NCBI GenBank assembly: GCA_002256025.1
Contig: NKIB01015018.1
Location: 1-38,755, forward strand
Reading direction: 5' to 3'
DNA: 38,755 nucleotides
Source: Asterionella formosa
Taxonomy: Eukaryota
Shown here: positions 10,085 to 24,427 of the stretch, piece after piece
Layout: each line of letters begins with the position of its first letter
Position numbering within the stretch: the stretch's first letter is position 1
The notes under the pieces: generated by a model
Told to the model about the DNA's origin: nothing
Databases searched by the model: none
The model's input: only the letters and a program-made list of their open reading frames with translations
Position numbers and translations under genes: made by a program

Positions 10085-12064
10085 GTGTTCCTGTATTAAC
10101 CAGCAATGATGTCTTCCTCATTGAGTCCCAGATGTTCTTGGTGACAGGTAGTACCATTTGTTTCATGTTCCATGAGCTTGTTGGAAACTTGCAATTGATA
10201 TTCAGTGACAAAGGGAGAACAAATGGAAAGAAACACGACAAATGATAACAAGACTGAACAAAGCAAAGCACTGAAGGTAATCTTTGACCATCAGCATAAA
10301 TCCAATGCCCATGTCTGAACATGAAGAGGCAATTTGTCAGAATTGCCAAAAGCTTGCCAAGGTGAATACTGTCTACAAGTTTCAACCAAAAAACAAGGAG
10401 AAGAGAAAGATATCTACAGGTTTCAACAAAAAGTACAAGAAGGATTTGATCCATTTGAAAGTAATTTAAAATGATAGAATTGATAAGAGAGTCTTGGAAT
10501 TGAGACCATTGATTTTCGTGTCGACAAGAGAATGCCTTGCATCAATCAAGGATAGAAGGGTGATGTTATGGAGAATGGGTCCTCCTTTATTGTTTGCTGA
10601 AACAGGAACATGTAGCTCACCATATTTGATGTACCACTATAATTTCTGTTTGTAAACATGTTTGGAGGAAGGAAAAAATAAAGGCAATTAAATCTTGAAT
10701 GCATTGCATTTTGGTCTCCACTATTGGCCATACATACTTTGATATACTTGTTGCGAAATACACAAAGGTGGACAAAAGCAATGTAGGTACGTGTTCTCAA
10801 CCACATATGATTCATAATGGTGCTATATAATTGAACTTACCAATCGTTTCCACTTACTAATGTATGTTATGAATGATGTTCTAGCATTAATTATCTTCCT
10901 TAGTAGTTTTGAGGTTCATCAAACTTTGTCATGGTTCATTCCTCCTTCTCAGACTTAATGTCCAGTGCATTTTGCTTTGTAATTTCAAGATGTTTGCTGG
11001 TGCTTGCCTTGACAACCAATGTTAAATCGCTCAAAACTAAATTGGAATGAGTGCCCTCGAGGAACCATCAACTCATTCTATAAGTCCAAATGTTATTGTG
11101 AACCAGCAGTGAACAAGCAATCTACAAGATCACAGTAGCTAAGGAACAAGTATAAGAGAAGGTTAGTGATGGCCATTGTAATGGCCATTGTGAAGGCAAA
11201 AAAGCATTTTTGAGCGATAAATATTTAAAAGATGATCAGTCAAGGCCTGCTTATCCCTATCCAATGGATATCTGTCTAATCTTTGCACTTGGATTTATTT
11301 ATGTCAATTAAATATAGCTGTTGAAAATATTAATTATTTCAAGGCCATCACCAAGACAAGAGATTTGACACTTTTGTAAACAGGTTTTGAGGAGCCATAA
11401 TGATGAGCTTCTCGAGCTTTGGATGGCTTCTCTGCAGTAGTAGATAAAATTGTGGTTCTAAATAATGATAACAATCAGCATTATAAATGCTGCCATCCCC
11501 AGTTGAGATTGCAGACATTTCTGGTGTTGCTCCTTTGCAAGGAAGAAAATCATTTATCCATGGGAATTCTAGAGTACCGGTAATAGTTCAGAGGAATAGT
11601 TTATGATTTTATGCAGTTACAATGTGCAAATGAATTATTGCTGTTCCATTTTTAATGTAACCACAGTACATGACCGTATACTCCCTCACAAAATGTACTG
11701 GTACCACCTAAAAACTGGGAGTATACAAACTTTCACTTTTGTACTGATAGTCATAACAAAAAGGAGTAATCACACGGTTTGAGACAAATATTTGTAATAT
11801 TATAGATCTGTATTAGACAAAGTTATTCCTGTGCATATAAGGAACAGCATTGCTCATACTTGAACACTGCAATCTCGTACCAGTTCTTTAGTTATAATAG
11901 CCCAAAATTGGCTGTCGACGCTTGGTCCAAATCAGTTTTACCCCATTGAGCCTGCATGACTTTTTCAACACATAGGAGAAGCTGAAGCTATGTAAATAAT
12001 TAGCTTGTTTCAAGACTTTTCCGCATCATTTCTACTATGGCATGTTTGCGCCATTGTAATTAAG

Positions 12065-14100
12065 TGTCAAGATTTAGTACTGTATGCATATTAGTTCAGT
12101 CGAATTAATCAATCTTGAATAGTATTCCAGCCAAAATCCCGTATTGAAATGCTGTGAGAATTTGAACAGCATCGATTGCCAAGAACTATATCAGCAAACC
12201 AAGGTAAATATTCTAATGGAGAATGTTCTAAGTAATCAATATTTCAATGAAGTAAAGGTATATATGCAATGCAGATAGCATTGAATATTCACGATTGTTG
12301 TACGAAGTGAGTGGAGTTGAGTTGTCAGTTGAGAATTGAATGCCTAACAACGCAATGAATATCTATATACAAATTTGGGAAGAGAGCCTTAACAATTGAT
12401 CATGAAAACGATTACAAGATAGATCAAATAAGCTCACAATAAGGTGGGATTAGAACAGAAGGTTAAGTACATTGAGCTTGTCTAGAAAGAGCTAGAATTG
12501 CAGTCAGACTGCAGAAGAATTTAACATGCTTGCTAGCAGATCAACTTCGTTTTACAACATGACTGAAGACAAAGGTGAGACCATTTACCTTGTGAAGTTT
12601 GATGGCGAGGACGCCAATTGGCATGAGTGGAGTGTGAAGACAATGGCACTACTAGCCAAGGCAAGAGGATTCAAGAATGCCTACATGAAGGATACCAATC
12701 CATGCAGCGACGCTGTCTACAAAACTACAGACAAAGACGATGTCAAGAAGATCTACGAGATGAATGATCGCGCATACCAGCTCCTAGTTATAAGTTGCAC
12801 TGGGATCGCGTTCGGTTTGGTTAACCAAGCCAAGACAAAGAATCATCAAGACGGCGATGCATTCCTTGCTTGGACCTACCTCAAGGCTCGCTATGTTCCT
12901 AATGCTACAAGTGACCTAATCCCACGGTCAGGACAGTTCAACAAGTGCATCTGTGAGGGGAAGACGCAAGACCCAGACGAATGGTTCATTCAACTCGAGT
13001 TGTTGAGGAATCGAATGGCGACGATTGATTCTGCCTACGAAAAGAAGGATCTCGAGATGACTGCCCACATACTTGACAAACTACCTAAGGAGTACTCAGA
13101 AGTGGTAACCATGGTTGAGGCTATGCCCTCCCTGACACTAGAAGACCTTAAGGCCAAGACACGCGCGTTCTTCAAAAGCAAGTTTAAGAACGAAAAGTCG
13201 GATGGCGAACTTGCTCTTGTTGCCTTTGGAACTAAGTTCAAAGGACTCTGCCGCTCTTGTGGCAAGCAAGGACACAAGGCAGCCGATTGTTGAGTCCAGA
13301 ACAAGACGCACGGCGACGGAAACAGTCCTCCTCTGAAAGGCGTCAAGTGTTTCAATTTTTTGAATGCCAGATATATTGCAAAAGATTGCCCCAAACCCAA
13401 ACGAGAACGTACAACAACGAAACAAGAGACCGGCATGTTTGTTGGCATGTGTACGATTGACTACGAAGACATCGAAGCAAACGAAAAGAAAACAAGATAT
13501 GAATGACAAGTACAACGAGAACGACGATAAAGAGTGGACTTTCGTCGGTATTTGCGAGGAAATTATTGATGATTGTTATGTAAAAATTTATTATAAAGAG
13601 TTTTGTGCCTCTGCTGTTGCTTCTCGCTCTATTGCCCTACAGGAGAATTGGCTCGCTGATACTAGAGCTACTGCCCATATCACAATGAGTGACGTCGGTA
13701 TGACAAATGTACGCCCAGTCAGTGTCACAGTCGTCGTCGGCGATGGCTCGGAAATTAAATGCACAAAGCGCGGTGACATCATGTTCACCAACGGAGAAAA
13801 GACCATGACATTGAAGGATGTCCTGTAAACGCCTAAGTTTCACAAGAACATCGTCAGTTTGGGCGTCCTAATCCGTGACGGTTTTGACCTTTGAGTCACG
13901 GGTTGTACAATGATAGTTAAGAAAGGTCGCGGAGGACATATTTCATTTAACAGAGAGACCAATGGAGTTCTCTATTATTTTAAAGCAAGTCGCGCGAGTT
14001 ATGCCAATGTCGTATCCATGGTTATTGCCCCATTGTCCCAGGGGGCCGATAGTACCAAAAACTAGTCTAAAAACACCCATATGCTGTCAGTTCCTGAAAT
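12065..14100 (+). mobile_element. Ty1/Copia LTR retrotransposon, 3'-truncated (putative 5' LTR, gag, protease)
   Basis: Gag ORF 12526-13293 (KFDGEDANWHEWSVK...GDAFLAW...DPDEWF...ILDKLPKEYS, zinc knuckle CRSCGKQGHKAADC), a second decayed knuckle (..IAKDCP), protease WLADTRATAHIT, then LKDVL*TPKFHKNIVSLG...GVLY. Candidate LTR 12065-12394 (TGTCAAG...CTTAACA). No integrase, RT or 3' LTR seen. Confidence 0.88.
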
Positions 14101-14433
14101 TAAGATCCTTGTGTGATGGTTTCGACGCAATGTAGATTTCCCGGCACCACAAACAAGACAAGCCCTACTTACCCGCTTGGGAGAGACCTTACCACACCGA
14201 GGAGACCAGCAGGCGCTGGCAGAAGAGATCACAACTGCTGTGGTTCTTGCTGCGACTCCCATCCCCCCTTTTCTCCCCCCTTGGCCTGGTGCGGTTGACA
14301 ATGGTGCTGAACACAAGGGGAAAATTGATATTTCAGCTTGCTTCGGATATTACTGGCGGTGCTGGCTGGCAAGGAAGAATATGATGATGAAGGGTGGCTG
14401 AGAGGAGGAATATGAAGGAAGCGACGAAACAAG

Positions 14434-14504
14434 GAGGCGGAGGCAGAGGCGGAGGCGGAAGCGGAAGCAGAGTGAGGTGAGGTGAGGTGAGGTGAGGTGA
14501 GGTG
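14434..14504. repeat. Compound G-rich microsatellite (GAGGCR/GAAGCR)n + (GTGAG)6
   Basis: Hexamer array 14434-14469, then six GTGAG units at 14472-14501. Confidence 0.95.
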
Positions 14505-14852
14505 TAGGCGAAGGTGGAGAAGCAAACAAGCAATCAACACATTCTTGCTTGGCTGACATCTGTCATAGTAGTAATACCAAACCAGTAGCCTGATGTAAGC
14601 AGAACACTAATTAGTGACGAACGTAAATAATGCTTGAATAAATCTATATCAAACCATCATCAAAACGAATGAAAGTAAGATTATTGACACAAAAACTTGA
14701 AATAATATTTGAGACTTTTTGCCAAGTATAAAGGCGAGTTTAATAAGAACTTTTGTAGTACTAATATAGAAATCACAAAAATCCTAGTACTCACGCTATA
14801 CGTACATCCGGGTCCCGACGATCGACAGATTGACCAAACCACCCACTCCATC

Positions 14853-17800
14853 ATGGGGAAAACGAATGCAAAGGTGAGCCGCTTCAGCTCAGCCAACTGC
14901 AACAATCCAAACGAACGGTGATCAAACCAGACAGGAAAAAGGGGAAAACAAGGGATGAGGAACTGATGGAGAAACTTGAATTGGAGGAACAAAAGGCCAA
15001 TGCAGTGTTTGCGGCTTCAAATGATGAAATCGCAGTTGTAGACTTCATGGATACCATATCAAATGCCTTGGAGAAAACGGAAAGGTCCAAGTCAGTGTTT
15101 TCAGCCAGGAGGAAATCCTCTCAAGCCACCCTTCCATTCATCCCCACCATGAAAGCAGTCAGAGAGACGGAGGAAGAACTAGAACAGGATACAATCATTG
15201 CAGAAACGCTCACCATGGAAGAAGCCTTTGATACACCAAATGCTGAGTTTTCAGACAAGGATAAAATTATAGCAGAAGCTGAACAAACCACAGGCATACC
15301 ATTACTAGACATGGACAACATAGCAGTAGAAAACAACATACTTGCTGAGGATCAGAGAGATGCCAACACTCTGAAAGCTCAGCCAACCTCAAACGACTCA
15401 GCAACATGCAACCAATAAGATGCAGCTCAGTGACAGGCAGCATCAATCCGGCACCAAATGCTAGGTTGGAAGGCAAAGATCAGAGCAATCCTTCCGCCAA
15501 ATCATGATCTCCCTTCCCAAACCAAGCTCTTTATGAAGAAGCTTGATGAGACCCTAAAACAAATGACAAGTGTTGATCCTTTGATCCATCTCTTACCATT
15601 AGAAAACAACACAGATGATATTCCCGCTGGTAAGATTGTCAAACTTCTCTCAGGCAACCAAGCAGCATACATCAAAATCAAGGAAGTACCAAAAAAGAAA
15701 TACATGGATGCATTTCTACACTTCAAATCTCAATCCAATTATAGTAAAATCAAGCTCCAAATCCTACCATGATTCCTACAGGAAAAGAGAATCTACATCG
15801 ACGAATACAAATTGGAAAGACATCGACGAATACAAATTGGAAAGTTTGGATGACGTCCAAGTTGGTTGGCTATTTGGCAAAAGCAGTTTTGTGGTCTCAG
15901 AGAATGGCACCAAGAAGTGGCTAGTAGAGGATCTATTGGGATCAGATATTAGATCAAAGATGGATTTCCAAGTGCGCAGCCAAGGTACAAATTTGCGCAA
16001 TTTGGAATAGAACTCAAAACATTTGCTTTTGTAATAAGTGCCAGCAGAGAGACAGCAGAAGACATCTACCAAACCATGTAAACGTTTTACCAATAAGATC
16101 TGACTAATGCCTCTGCTTCGTAGGCTACCAAGCCTTCAACTTTTCTGCAGCTCAAGACCACAAAGAGGCAGCGCAAAACTACATGCAGCAGAAATGGTTG
16201 ACAACAAATATTCGCACAAAGCTAATGTCATGCTTCACAGATATTGACACACAGTTGAGGATCCAAGGTACCAACACTACTTTTAGACAATTTATGCTGG
16301 AGACAAAGATGACACTGGCAAATATCTAATGTGCGATGCTGATTTTACCGCATCAGGTCCCAATACATAAGAGAAGATGCCAAATGGAAACGCTCCAGGA
16401 AAGGACTTAAACAAGAGAAAAAGCTTGCACATCATGCAAAAAACCGAAGCAGTCCCTCCACGTCAGGTTCAGAAAAATCGACGTCAGAAAGTTCATCAGA
16501 CAACAGCTCCGCTTCTTCGTCCTCCTCATTGGGTTTATCGCTGCAGGAGGGCAGAAAAACTTCACCAGCATTCAAAAATCAAAAATCTTTGTTAAATCGA
16601 CTCTTGGTTGGCGAGATAGATTCAGACTCATCAGAAGAGAACATGCTGGACTCCAACAGCTCAAAAGATCCCAAAGTAAAAGAGAAAACTGCAAACCCAC
16701 CATTGGATTCAAAAAGGAAAGTGAACACAGGATCAAGCAACTCAACCCAACACAAAAAGAAAAAATGTCAGAGTTAGCTGTGGTACCTCAACTTAGCTAG
16801 TAGACCATCCATAGACTTAGCAGCCAGGAGAACCGGAAAAGATTTCCGAAATCGAGAAAGTGACCATCCAATGTACTCAGCCTCACGCCATACAAGGACA
16901 ACCATCAACAGGGTCCAAAGAGGCAGAAATTCGAAGGGAGTGGGAAATCCAACATAATATCAGAAAATGAGGCACATCAGAGGGGCACATACCCATCAAA
17001 CCAATACCACCATACACCAACAATACCTTCAAGCGCACACATCAAAGCAGACTAGAAATTCACATGAGAAAGCCTGATCCAACAGGAATGGGAAGATGGA
17101 GCTATCAGCTTTTGAAAAGAAAATGGAATAGTGATAACCATCATCACAGGCTCAGCCTATATGGTATCTCAAACATCAATGCCTCAACAGGGCGAGAGCA
17201 CCACATTTCACTGAGAATATATGATGATGTCCAAAGGGGTAGTTAAGATGCCCAATCCACGGAAACAGTTTGTTTCTGATCTCATTTCATTTATCCAAGA
17301 ACATCACATGAGAGGCAACGAAATCCTGCTAATACTAGATGCAAACGAAGAGGAGGGATCAGCACAAATGGGAATCACTGCAATACTTTGAGAATGCTCA
17401 TTGTCCAATTTACACAAGGATCTACACCCAGACCTTTCCAGCCCGGTGACATATGATAGAGGCTAAAAAAAGATTATATCTTGGGAAAGCGCTCACTGCC
17501 AAGCTGCATCCAAGAATCGAGGAGGAATCCTCCCATTTTACGCACAAATCCAGGCAGAACACAGGGCATTTTATATAGACTTTGATGCAAAGGCATTATT
17601 TGGCGGAATAAAAAAATTGAAACTGTAGATGCAAGATCATTCATGTCAACCAAGCCAGAAGAGTGCAAAAAATACCTTCATGCAGTGAAACAATACTGGA
17701 AAACCCACAAGATGCCGCCAAGGATTGATGCGCGCCACAAAATGACAGGACCAACAGCCGCCATACAAGCTGAATGGGGATAAAATCGACCGGGACATTG

Positions 17801-20800
17801 GCAGAGCCATGTCCCTTGGAGACAGGGCAGCAAAGAGACCAATGGGAACATATGTGTGGTCTAAAAAGCTCCGTCAAGCTGCATATGAATGCCAATACTG
17901 GCGAAAACAATTAAAAATGCATGCATACAATATAAATTCTAGCAAGAACCTAGAGGAAATACGCCAGATTGCGGGGTTAAAATCATTGGACACAGGAAAT
18001 CTAAGCTTAGTGGAATTAAAAGACAGGGTCAAAGGCAGATCGATGGCTCTTTGAACAATACAAAAACATTCAGAGCCAAGAATGGGAACAAGATTTACAA
18101 AATGTTCAAGGCAAAACATCCCAAATCGCACGAAAGGAAACAAAAAGACTGAAATCAATTCTTCAAGCAGAAAAATCAAAGGAGGGCTTTAAACGGCTAA
18201 AGCAAATATTCAATCCTCAACAAGGAGGTGCCCTATCAAAGGTACATGTCCCTGTTTATGACAGTGCTGGAGTTGCCACTTCATGGAAAACAGAATTTGA
18301 ATCAGATGCCCTTGAAACCGCCCTGCTGGAACATTGCTGAAGGCAATATAGAAAAGCCTCTAGTGCGCAGTTTGGCCATGGACCTTTGCGAGACTTACTG
18401 GGCTTTCACGGAATGACAGAGGCAGCAAACCAGATACTAGAGGGGACGTTGTTTCAAATCTTGATGAGGAATGTTTCCCAGGAGTCAGACAATTTATAGC
18501 AGCAATGGCGGTACCAGATGAGCTTAAAGGTAAAACAAAAATGAACACAGAAATCAATGAGGATGATTTCAGGAAGAGAATAAAAGAATAGAAAGAAACA
18601 AGATCTACATCACCAAGCAACCAACACCTCGGTCACTACAAAGTGCCAGGATTTAGAGCTCACTCAAGGTTATGCCAAAATGATTAACATGCCAGTAAAA
18701 AGAGGGTTCTCTCCATCACGATGGCAAAATGCAACCTCAGTAATGATAGAAAAAGACAAAGGAAATCCGAAGATCAACAGGCTTTGTATTATCCACCTCT
18801 TTGAAGCTGATTATAACCTTTTCCTCAAACTGATATGGGGATGCCACGCACATGGTGGGATTAGCAGAGGCACATGGAAGTCTGGGTGAAGAAATGCAGG
18901 GATCACGGAAACGCAGAAGCACCATGGATGTATTATTCAAGAAAACATTGAGCTTTGATTTGTGTAGACAACAAAGAACAAACATGGCTCTTTTCGACAC
19001 TGATGCTGCAAGCTTTTATGATAGAATCCTAGTTAGCTAACTTGGCCATGATCTGCGCAAGAAGGCTGGGAGCTCCATCAGAGGCGGGTTTTGCACAGCA
19101 CTCCGAGACACTTCGACTGATGAAATATACTGTCAAAACTGTCTACAGGACCTCGGCTGGGCATTATAGCAGCACTGCCACCGAGCCTTTAGCAGGCACA
19201 GGACAAGAAAGTGGAGCATCTCCAGCGGTTTGTCTGTCTATTTGTGCCGTACTTTTGTTGGCCTACAAAACACATGCACCAAAGGGAATGACATTCTCTG
19301 ACCCAACCGTGGCATTGGTTTATGGTCCCTCAACATTGGGGGAGCTGAATCTAGTTGGCATTAGAATCAAACAAGGAATCAAAAGACGAAAAATCGAAGT
19401 TGATGGATATCTCACTATGATTCACCCAGCTTGAGTCTGACAGGGACGAGGAATTACCGGGGAAGATTCCAATTAGCTATACCACATCAACATGGAAAAC
19501 TCAACTCAGGAACTTCATGGGAATGCACAATCTCTGCATCGAATGTACAAGAGGATGGCAACCCAGGACACAATGTGTACATGATCAGATGATCATGTCT
19601 CTCTTCCTCAACAAAGGCATATCAGATTATCTTTTTTTTCAACCTAGTGCTAACACGTGCAGGATGTATCTCCAAGTCACCTCACTAGCAGATACATTCG
19701 ACCAGAAATAGTGGAGTGCAATCAAATTGCACAACGAAGCTCACAGTGGACCTGGCCACAACAGCCAAAACGAACGCTCCAATAACAAGACAACTGGAAA
19801 GAAGCAATTACTTAACACCTAATCACTCAAGGATCCAAAAAACACCTAAGGCTCCGTCAACCATTAGGGAGGAGGTAGACAGGCACTCCTACTAGCCACT
19901 GGAAATATTATTATGATCAAACTACAAAAAGATCATGGAAACATCAGGAGATAGACGCAAAAGTATGGACAGTATAAGAAAATGAACCGGTATTGGGAGC
20001 TCCAAGATTTAACTTATCCAATGGCACTCCGTCAAATGTGGGGCCCCCAAAAGATCATTGCGTTCCCTGTGATGTTAGTCCTTGGGGATCAATTACCTTC
20101 AGATCCTGCGTCATGACATCAAAACCAGCTCAAGCAAGCAAACCGAGAACTTTTAGGGAACATGTTAAAGGGTTGGACTCCCACAAACAAAGGCTACTTC
20201 GAAATCTCACTTTGACAAATATGATGGAGGCTAGACTTTGCCGCCATCTTTTAGTACTTGGCTTACCATGAGCCATGCAAGATTGCGACTGATTTGGCTC
20301 AATGCAGCAGGACAAAAGAAGTTCCTTCGAGTGGACAATGAGGCTGAAACGCACAAACACACTGATCTCAGAAAAAAGCGCACAGTGCTCTGGTCCTGTT
20401 GATGGCAACCCTGTCCAAAACAGCTCCACTAGGGTTCTTCATCTCCTGGAGCAAGCACTGAGGACGACCCCCAGAAAATGCTGATATTGTTTCACTCCTA
20501 ACAGATATTTCCAAGGAACTATACATTGACATCAAGATACAGTGGATTAAAGCAGCCCATCAAGACAATGCTGCTAGAACACAGCGTTTGACTTCAATAG
20601 CATTGATGAATGTTCAAGCAGACAGCTTAGCTTCCCAATATCTGCAAGGACAACCAACCACAGCCACAGGAGGTCCAAGAAGGGCATCGAGACACTTCCC
20701 CACTATGTATGCAAGCTTACTAATCGAAGACAGGAGAATACACAGTTTCACCAGCGCACAGATCCGCTCCACATTAAAGGTTATCATTACAAAACTTATT

Positions 20801-22040
20801 TCAGGAAGAAACACAAGATAGACCATATGGCAGAATCATACATTGACTGGCACAGTCTGAAATCAGCCATCAAAAAACAAACAACAGGGATGAAAACAAT
20901 GATAACAATGATAACAAAGTAGATACATCATGGCTGGTTCCCCACAGGTTCCCAAAGGAAACTTATTCAGCACAATGGGGAGGACTCCTGCCCACAATGC
21001 AAGTGCCAAGAAACCAATGAACACATCATCACATCAGAAGTCCCAAAGCACGGTATAATACGGGAATCAGGCTGTCAGAAATGGCAAATTCTATCCAGAA
21101 AACACAAACAGGCACAAAAGTGACACCAGTAAAGTTAGATAATATCAGACATTTGATGTCAAACAATGAAAAGCCTTTCATACCCCACTTTGTACCTCGT
21201 ACTTCGGAAAAAACAAAACAGATCATCTATCAATCACTTAAACATGATCAGGGCGCATTGGGCAAAGAACTCACTCTTCGGGGGTATTGGTAAAGCGTTG
21301 GAACAAGGCAGAAAAGAGTTCCGACATCGACGACAACATGGCACCAGGAAAATTACATGAATTGTGGGTACCTTCAGCTATTACACATCTATGGAGGGTT
21401 GTCCACAGATCATGGACAGACAGAAACGAAATTCTCCATCGCAACGTCAACCTCAACATAGCACAATCTGATCTCAATCAGCAAATTACACAATACTACC
21501 AGCATAAAGAAAAAATATGCAGACGGGATTCCCATCTCTTCTCAATCGCACTACTACAGGATCTGCTTGACTCTCGACTGAACCGAAAAATTAGGTTTCT
21601 GGAAAGAGCAAAATTCATATTTCATGCATCCAAACAGCAGCCACAAAAGGGACAGGAATCCATATACACGTTTTTCTCAAGCAATACAGTACAAGAGACA
21701 AGAACTTGACACCAACAATCCGTCATAATTCTCGTGTGTGGCCTACAAGAATCTACAAACAATCCACACTAAAAATCCAATTCCCAAGCTGACATGCACC
21801 ACTCAGGTACATGGAAAGGACCCAAGATCGCAGCTACCAAACGTTTTTTTACCAATACTTCTACTCGAGGGAGTGACCACCAACACATCTTCCACCGCCC
21901 CACCTCACTATGGGCCATGGAGCGCAATAACGCCAAATCTAGAAATAGGCTAGAATAACGGAGCTATAAAAATGATTGATATAGCTACATGAAATAATAT
22001 TTGATTTAAAAGGCAAACACATTATTATTTAAGGTTAAAA
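14853..22040 (+). mobile_element. Decayed near-full-length non-LTR retrotransposon (Ambal-like: ORF1; ORF2 APE-RT-RNase H-Cys/His finger)
   Basis: ORF1 pieces 14853-16370 (VDPLIHLLP, VQVGWLFGKS). APE (DPTGMGRWS, EILLILDANE, PVTYDRG). RT (SPSRWQNATSVMIEKDKGNPKINRLCIIHLFEADYNL; DAASFYDRI; GTGQESGASPA). RNase H-like (CSGPVDGNPVQNSSTR; QWIKAAHQD...NVQADSLA). CPQCKCQETNEHI at ~20990. Many stops and frameshifts; ends approximate. Confidence 0.88.
15795..15844 (+). repeat. Perfect 25-bp tandem duplication
   Basis: acatcgacgaatacaaattggaaag x2, which frameshifts ORF1 of the non-LTR element. Confidence 0.95.
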
Positions 22041-22715
22041 AAATGAAAACAATTAATAATAAATGGGTAGATGATGCAACGGACAAATAATATTGTGGCA
22101 GGAAAAAGCTTTAGAGTGAACAACAGGGTAATTGAAACCAGAATTTGAATATAGACTTGTCTTCAGGTACGTAGTAAAAAATATGTATTGATAGTCATAC
22201 AAAACAACCATAATCATCAACTTTGAAAACTTCATATCTCTTGAATTATGAAGCGTCATTACTAATTAAACAGACCTATTGAAAGCGGAGAACCTGTTCT
22301 ACATTTAGCTACGTACTTGATTTGTTGTCACCATGAAATTTGACTAAAATAGTTTGAGTCGAAACATGGGGTAAACTTTACATGACTCTCAGATTTTAGG
22401 TGGTACTTACTTCCGTATGTACACTGGTGAGACATGCATCATCATACAAAGGTACCAGGTACCAGCTCCAATGTATACCGGTTCCTGTGTGATATGCTCA
22501 TGAAGTGATGCCCGATTTCGACATCAATCATTACATCCAAGCTGATTCTGGATTCCGTTTCTCCATATACAATTCATATCTAGAATTTGTCGTATGTAGC
22601 TGCCTGGTACAAACGGAACACACCGACTTTCAGTGTGCGGTAAAATGATTGTCCAAATCATCACTGCACATCAAAATGATAGGCATCATGTCAACGTATC
22701 ATTGATGTCACTACC

Positions 22716-24427
22716 ATGATGATGTTGAAGCGCTTCGTCCAATTGCTCGCTCTGACGGCTGTATCTACCCACGCCACGACTTCGCGTTCACAATCATTTG
22801 CCCCTCGCAGCCTTATTACCGAGACAAAAAGTGCTAGAGATGTAACACAAACGCGTGGAGGCGCTTTCTCTGATACTGACAAGAAGGCTATTGCTGGGGC
22901 TGCTGGCTTCATCGTTATAGACTCTGTAATTCGTAAGCTATTCAAGAGCAATGGGATAAAGTTTCCATCTCAACTTGCTGGATGTATCATGTTGCTATCA
23001 ACCATGTTGATCAGTGACGTGATAAAGCCCGGTGTGGGTGATTTCATCTTCAACGCCCTGACACCGGGTGCAGCTTTCTTGGGAAAATGGTGCGTATCTT
23101 AGACCTAGTTTGTTCGCACCCACCAGTGCAGATTGTTCGTGTGAGTGTATAGAGTGCGCTAACCCATTGAAATAATTCCGTGATCAAAATATTCAGGCTT
23201 TCAGTCATGTTTGTCCCTGGTTTGGCTATGCTCCCATTTGCTCCTTCGGTAGGATCGGGTGTTGATGTAAGTTTGTTGATGTTCTGCCTATTCATTCTAT
23301 CCAATATGATGACCGATATGATGAATGGAAACTGTTATGTTGTTCCAAAATGGATAAACCAATGCTCACAATTGATCATTTCCACCTACCTGCTAATGTC
23401 ATAGGTAGCCAAAGTTGTCGCGGTCGCCCTCTTGGGCTTTCTATTCACCTTGTCGTCGGTCGCCTTTTCTGTACTCTTTCTTCGCAAAGCAGCTGGCACT
23501 GCTATTAATGCCCCCTCCATTGCAAAGCTGACAACTACGAAATCCGCTGTCCCGGCTGTCAAGCCATTCAAAGAGGAGACACTGCAAATGCTCTTGACAG
23601 CCAGTGTCGTCACAGGTGCCATTTCGATTGCTGCCCGCCGCCTTGGCAATGAGTATGCCACACCCTTGAATACTTTGTTCATGGGATTCTCCACTGTAGC
23701 TGCCTACGTTTGGGGAGCCTGCTCTTTGCCAGCTGCCTTCACCAAGATAGTACACCCACTTATCATTGGCACTTTCTTGACTTTGGGCGTGACACAACTC
23801 TCGGGATGGGCAACTGGTACCACCTTCTTGGATATGCTAAAAACATACAAGGTAGGGTCCCTCGATATCACAAAGGCTGGAGCCGGCGATATCTTGCTCC
23901 ACATGTTGGGTCCAGCTGTCATTAGTTTTGCCGTCTCAATGTATTCTCGCAAGAAACTATTGAAAGAGAATCTTTTCGTTGTCTTGATCGCGGTGCTGGT
24001 TTCTAGTGTCGGGGGTCTTTTCGGAACAGCGGCCTTTGTTAGGGCCATTCAGCTAGGTGGCAGGAATGGCGCCTTGGTCCGTCTATCTGTCCTATCTCGC
24101 AATGTCACAACAGCCTTGGCTATGGCCATCACATCCATTTTGGGTGGAGACATTTCGATTGCTACCTCTGTCGTTATCATGACAGGTGTCACTGGGGCCA
24201 CTTATGGGCGCTCAATTTTGACGGCCATGGGAATTCATGATCCTGTGAGCCGTGGATTGGCAATTGGGGCCTCCTCACAAGGACTTGGTGTGGCCAGTGT
24301 GATTAGCGAGCCAGATGCCTTTCCCTTTGCTGCCATGTCCATGGTGTTGACGGCTATGTCTGCTACAACATTAGTGTCAATCCCAGCTGTCAAGGACGCT
24401 CTTGTTAAATTGGCTACAGGTGTCTAA
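22716..24427 (+). CDS. LrgA-LrgB fusion membrane transporter, PLGG1-like, copy 2; join(22716..23089,23197..23266,23405..24427), 488 aa
   Basis: Same exon/intron structure as copy 1 at a constant offset of 16436 with no indels. ACCATG start context. Retains GAGDILLHMLGPAVISFAVSMY (LrgB LGP motif). Confidence 0.94.

Noticed and set aside
10090..11600. Decayed + strand reading frames (also 3700-4450, 5600-5900 and 37400-38550)
   Set aside because: They look like eroded coding or TE sequence, but I recognised no family motif and left them unannotated.
14472..14501. Interstitial telomeric repeat
   Set aside because: The GTGAG unit does not match TTAGGG-type telomeric repeats and there are only six units.
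14561..14689. TGTCA...TGACA segment as Copia 3' LTR or solo LTR
   Set aside because: No similarity to the candidate 5' LTR (12065-12394), no PPT and no TSD.
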